Below are positions 58,701 through 64,000 of a stretch of DNA of 64,000 nucleotides, in pieces. The translations under genes were made by a program, and so were the position numbers. Each line of letters starts with the position of its first letter. Positions within the stretch are counted from its first letter, which is position 1. This DNA is from Macrostomum lignano. Lineage: Eukaryota. The notes under the pieces are model-generated. The model saw only the letters and a list, made by a program, of their open reading frames with translations. It did no database searches and was not told the origin of the DNA. The stretch spans positions 62,001 to 126,000 of the forward strand of contig NIVC01002156.1 in assembly GCA_002269645.1 (NCBI GenBank), given 5' to 3'.

Positions 58701-61450
58701 TCCTCTGCTTCATCCTCTGCTTCATCCTCTGCTTCATCCTCTGCTTCATCCTCTGCTTCATCCTCTGCTTCATCCTCTGCTTCATCCTGTGTGTCTCATC
58801 CTCTGCTTCATCCTGTGTGTCTCATCCTCTGCTTCATCCTGTGTGTCTCATCCTCTGCTTCATCCTGTGTGTCTCATCCTCTGCTTCATCCTGTGTGTCT
58901 CATCCTCTGCTTCATCCTGTGTGTCTCATCCTCTGCTTCATCTTGTGTGTCTCATCCTCTGCTTCATCTTGTGTGTCTCATCCTCTGCTTCATCCTGTGT
59001 GTCTCATCCTCTGCTTCATCCTGTGTGTCTCATCCTCTGCTTTATCCTCTGCTTCATCCTCTGTTTTATCCTCTGCTTCATCCTCTGCTTCATCCTCTGC
59101 TTCATCCTGTGTGTCTCATCCTCTGCTTCATCCTGTGTGTCTCATCCTCTGCTTCATCCTGTGTGTCTCATCCTCTGCTTCATCCTGTGTGTCTCATCCT
59201 CTGCTTCATCATGTGTGTCTCATCCTCTGCTTCATCATGTGTGTCTCATCCTCTGCTTCATCATGTGTGTCTCATCCTCTGCTTCATTATGTGTGTCTCA
59301 TCCTCTGCTTCATCCTGTCTGTCTCATCCTCTGCTTCATCCTGTGTGTCTCATCCTCTGCTTCATCCTGTGTGTCTCATCCTCTGCTTCATCCTGTCTGT
59401 CTCATCCTCTGCTTCATCCTGTGTGTCTCATCCTCTGCTTCATCCTGTGTGTCTCATCCTCTGCTTCATCCTGTGTGTCTCATCCTCCGCTTCATCCTGT
59501 GTGTCTCATCCTCTGCTTCATCCTGTCTGTCTCATCCTCTGCTTCATCCTGTGTGTCTCATCCTCTGCTTTATCCTCTGCTTCATCCTCTGTTTTATCCT
59601 CTGCTTCATCCTCTGCTTCATCCTCTGCTTCATCCTGTGTGTCTCATCCTCTGCTTCATCGTGTGTGTCTCATCATCTGATTCATCCTGTGTGTCTCATC
59701 CTCTGCTTTATCCTCTGCTTCATCCTCTGCTTCATCCAGTCTGTTTCATCCTCTGCTTTATCCTCTGCTTCATCCTCTGCTTCATCCTGTCTGTTTCATC
59801 ATCTGCTTTATCCTCTGCTTCATCCTCTGCTTCATCCTCTGCTTCATCCTCTGCTTCATCCTCTGCTTTATCCTCTGCTTCATCCTGTGTGTCTCATCCT
59901 CTGCTTCATCCTGTGTGTCTTATCCTCTGCTTCATCCTGTGTGTCTCATCCTCTGCTTCATCCTGTGTGTCTCATCCTCTGCTTCATCCTGTGTGTCTCA
60001 TCCTCTGCTTCATCCTGTGTGTCTCATCCTCTGCTTCATCTTGTGTGTCTCATCCTCTGCTTCATCTTGTGTGTCTCATCCTCTGCTTCATCCTGTGTGT
60101 CTCATCCTCTGCTTCATCCTGTGTGTCTCATCCTCTGCTTCATCCTGTGTGTCTCATCCTCTGCTTCATCCTGTGTGTCTCATCCTCTGCTTCATCCTGT
60201 GTGTCTCATCCTCTGCTTCATCTTGTGTGTCTCATCCTCTGCTTCATCCTGTGTGTCTCATCCTCTGCTTCATCCTGTCTGTCTCATCCCTGCTTCATCT
60301 TGTGTGTCTCATCCTCTGCTTCATCCTGTGTGTCTCAACCTCTGCTTCATCCTGTGTGTCTCATCCTCTGCTTCATCCTGTCTGTCTCATCCTCTGCTTC
60401 ATCCTGTGTGTCTCATCCTCGGCTTCATCCTGTGTGTCTCATCCTCTGCTTCATCATGTGTGTCTCATCCTCTGCTTCATCATGTGTGTCTCATCCTTTG
60501 CTTCATCCTGTCTGTCTCATCCTCTGCTTCATCCTGTCTGTCTCATCCCCTGCTTCATCTTGTGTGTCTCATCCTCTGCTTCATCCTGTGTGTCTCATCC
60601 CCTGCTTCATCCTGTGTGTCTCATCCTCTGCTTCATCCTGTGTGTCTCATCCTCTGCTTCATCCTGTGTGTCTCATCCTCTGCTTCATCCTGTGTGTCTC
60701 ATCCTCTGCTTCATCCTGTGTGTCTCATCCTCTGCTTCATCCTGTGTGTCTCATCCTCTGCTTCATCCTGTGTGTCTCATCCTCTGCTTCATCCGGTGTG
60801 TCTCATCCTCTGCTTCATCCTGTGTGTCTCATCCTCTGCTTCATCCTGTGTGTCTCATCCTCTGCTTCATCCTGTGTGTCTCATCCTCTGCTTCATCCTG
60901 TCTGTCTCATCCCCTGCTTCATCTTGTGTGTCTCATCCTCTGCTTCATCCTGTGTGTCTCATCCTCTGCTTCATCCTGTCTGTCTCATCCCCTGCTTCAT
61001 CTTGTGTGTCTCATCCTCTGCTTCATCCTGTGTGTCTCAACCTCTGCTTCATCCTGTGTGTCTCATCCTCTGCTTCATCCTGTCTGTCTCATCCTCTGCT
61101 TCATCCTGTCTGTCTCATCCTCTGCTTCATCCTCTGCTTCATCCTGTGTGTCTCATCCTCTGCTTCATCCTCTGCTTCATCCTGTGTGTCTCATCCTCTG
61201 CTTCATCCTGTGTGTCTCATCCTCTGCTTCATCCTGTGTGTCTCATCCTCTGCTTCATCCTGTGTGTCTCATCCTCTGCTTCATCCTGTGTGTCTCATCC
61301 TCTGCTTCATCCTGTGTGTCTCATCCTCTGCTTCATCCTGTGTGTCTCATCCTCTGCTTCATCCTGTCGGTTTCATCCTCTACTTCATCCTGTGTCCCAC
61401 CCTCTTTCTCATCCTCTGCTACACCCTCTGTCTCACTCTGTCTCATCCTC
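31790..61450. repeat. ~29.7-kb pyrimidine-rich satellite built from 12-bp TCATCCTCTGCT and 14-bp TCATCCTGTGTGTC monomers, dominant 26-bp dimer
   Basis: Continuous array with degenerate edges; 12-mer-rich near the left edge, 26-mer-rich in the core. Confidence 0.98.
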
Positions 61451-61963
61451 TGTCTTACCCTCTATCTCATTGTTTGTCCTTTCCTTTGCCGCACCGCAGA
61501 AACGCTACAACCCAAAAACGCCAAACAATTATAAGGTATGACTAATATTTTCTACAAAAATTCGTACAAATTTACAGTTGATTGAACTCAAAAAATAGTC
61601 CATGAGTCCGCATGAAGCCCCCTACCCCGTCGTAGTCACATTTAGTGATTAAAGCATGTTGGATATGTTTTGGGAGAAGGGGGTAGGGGGGAACCTAAGG
61701 GCTAGAATCTAGATTAGGCTAGTGCTGAGGGGAGTACAGCGCATGCAGATGACCACCAGCCAAGGGTTGGGGCGCCAGACAGACAGGCCAGGCAGACTGA
61801 GGAATGGGGTGTGGGGTGAGCGTGGGAGAGAGTGTTTCTAGGAAGTGCACGTGGTGGGGAAGTGGGAAATGCGGCGCTCATGGAGACCGAATCAGAGAAC
61901 TCTCTGGATTGCCCAACTGCCAACTCATCAACAAGCAGTGCTGGTTGTTTGGCGTTGTAGCTT

Positions 61964-62007
61964 CTCTCCCCTCTCTCCTCTCTCCTCTCTCCTCTCTCCT
62001 CTCTCCT

Positions 62008-62039
<32 letters not shown>

Positions 62040-62118
62040 TCCCCTCCTTTCCCTTCCCCTCTTTCATCTCCTCTCTTCCCTCTCCCCTCTCATTATCCCC
62101 TTTCCCCTTCTCTCTCTC
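61964..62118. repeat. Low-complexity CT-rich tract, (CTCTC)n-like
   Basis: Direct inspection. Confidence 0.9.
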
Positions 62119-62587
62119 ATCAGTAATCAGTTGCCGACCTCTGCGCGGCCATAAATCGTGACTTTGACAATCGGCACTGCATGCAGATCCCTCGATCAAG
62201 ATCTCCTTGAATAGGATAGAGAAACAGAGGGAGAGGGGGTTCAGTGAATTGAAATTGGCTCGGGGGGGGGGGCAGAGGGGTAAAAGCTTTATTGGGAATG
62301 GACGAGACCCGAGCTTATGCTATTGGCTGGCTTGGTTCCGGGTGGGGCTAGAGAAGGGATGACAAACACAAGGGGTTGGTTGGTTGAAGGGAAGTGGGGA
62401 AGCACAGTTCAAAGAGCGTATTAAACCCCCCCCCACCCAACCACACCGAAAAAGCGTTCTGTCAGTTTCCTAATTTAGTGTATAAAACTGACTGACTGGA
62501 CAGGGGCTTAAGGAAGGGAGCAACCCGAACGGAAAGGTTTAGCTTAAACGGTGCATCGCGGTTCAAGACTTGCTTCTGTCCTGTAAG

Positions 62588-62657
62588 GTACGCGTCCTAC
62601 ACGTACGAGGGTACTACAGCGTTTGATAGTGGAAGACCGGGTCGGATATTAAAACAG
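62588..62657 (+). CDS. Candidate internal exon of an unidentified gene
   Basis: TTGCTTCTGTCCTGTAAG| ... CAG|GTAAGT (perfect donor); only one open frame, YASYTYEGTTAFDSGRPGRILKQ. No recognised homology. Confidence 0.35.
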
Positions 62658-62870
62658 GTAAGTTTCAGTTTGCACTTTTGCAGATGAATAATACTAGTTA
62701 GTTAGAACTGATGTCACGTAGTTGAAAACAGCTGTACCTGTTTATTATAAACAATTAGTAGTCGAATTACCGTGCATGAGTATGTTGTACTTTGTTGAAA
62801 TGTTTTGGATTGACAAGTGAGTAAATTAGCAATGAGTCATAGAAGTGCATTGCTCCTAACTCGTGTGTCC

Positions 62871-62941
<71 letters not shown>

Positions 62942-62945
62942 AGCC

Positions 62946-62998
<53 letters not shown>

Positions 62999-62999
62999 T

Positions 63000-63057
<58 letters not shown>

Positions 63058-63061
63058 AGCC

Positions 63062-63115
<54 letters not shown>
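62871..63115. repeat. (TCTG)n microsatellite, ~60 copies
   Basis: Direct inspection. Confidence 0.97.
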
Positions 63116-63116
<1 letters not shown>

Positions 63117-63220
63117 GTGTCCTCTCAATATTAATTAATAATCTCTCTCTCCCCACTGCCCTTTGTCCGGCCTCAATCATTCCCTGTCTAGGTCGCACTA
63201 CTCTGTTGTCAATTCACCAG

Positions 63221-63265
63221 ACTCGATTTAGGAGCAGGCTCACGAGCAAAGCTAAGCATGGATGA
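63221..63265 (+). CDS. Candidate terminal exon following 62588-62657
   Basis: TTCACCAG| TRFRSRLTSKAKHG* in phase 0; AATAAA at 63339-63344. Confidence 0.22.
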   Translation, partial: TRFRSRLTSKAKHG

Positions 63266-63407
63266 CGGGTCTATGAAGGGCAAGATTAGTCTTCAGTCTT
63301 TACCATCAGAGCACCTGGCCATCCATCAGGACGGACACAATAAAGAATGCTAATCTAGCTAGCTCACAAGGCTGTGCCGCACGGGTGCCAGGTTAAAAAA
63401 GGCCGTA

Positions 63408-64000
<593 letters not shown>

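Noticed and set aside
31651-61545. Giant ORFs of 7,973, 8,964 and 9,921 aa (and nested ones)
   Set aside because: All three frames are open simply because the 12/26-bp unit has no stop codon. Frequent non-triplet indels shuffle frames and the peptides are frame-rotations of each other. Not genes.

Overview
Animal (metazoan) genomic DNA with GT-AG introns and very high tandem-repeat content. A Macrostomum-like flatworm would fit this repeat load, but that is only a guess. Positions 466-27823 (+) hold 15 phase-consistent 3' exons of a type IV diacylglycerol kinase (DGKZ/DGKI/rdgA-like): catalytic and accessory domains, ankyrin repeats and a C-terminal PDZ-binding motif (ETEV*). The gene starts upstream of the window. 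Most of its longer introns carry their own unrelated minisatellite. The introns also hold two copies of a tRNA-headed SINE, a hAT-type MITE and a nested pair of (CAA)n-tailed retroposons. The 11.75-kb last intron contains a 35-bp tandem array split by a very young, full-length 8,455-bp Ty3/gypsy LTR retrotransposon (near-identical LTRs, TTAT target duplication, PBS, gag, -1 slippery site, pro-RT-RNaseH-IN, PPT). The standout is an extra stand-alone ORF in this element (24594-25580), in the position where env usually sits. It encodes a DnaJ J-domain with intact HPD, an acidic linker, a chromodomain and an unrecognised C-terminal domain. Positions ~31.8-61.4 kb are one ~30-kb pyrimidine-rich 12/26-bp satellite; its multi-thousand-residue ORFs are artefacts. 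The window ends in possible orphan exons and simple repeats.
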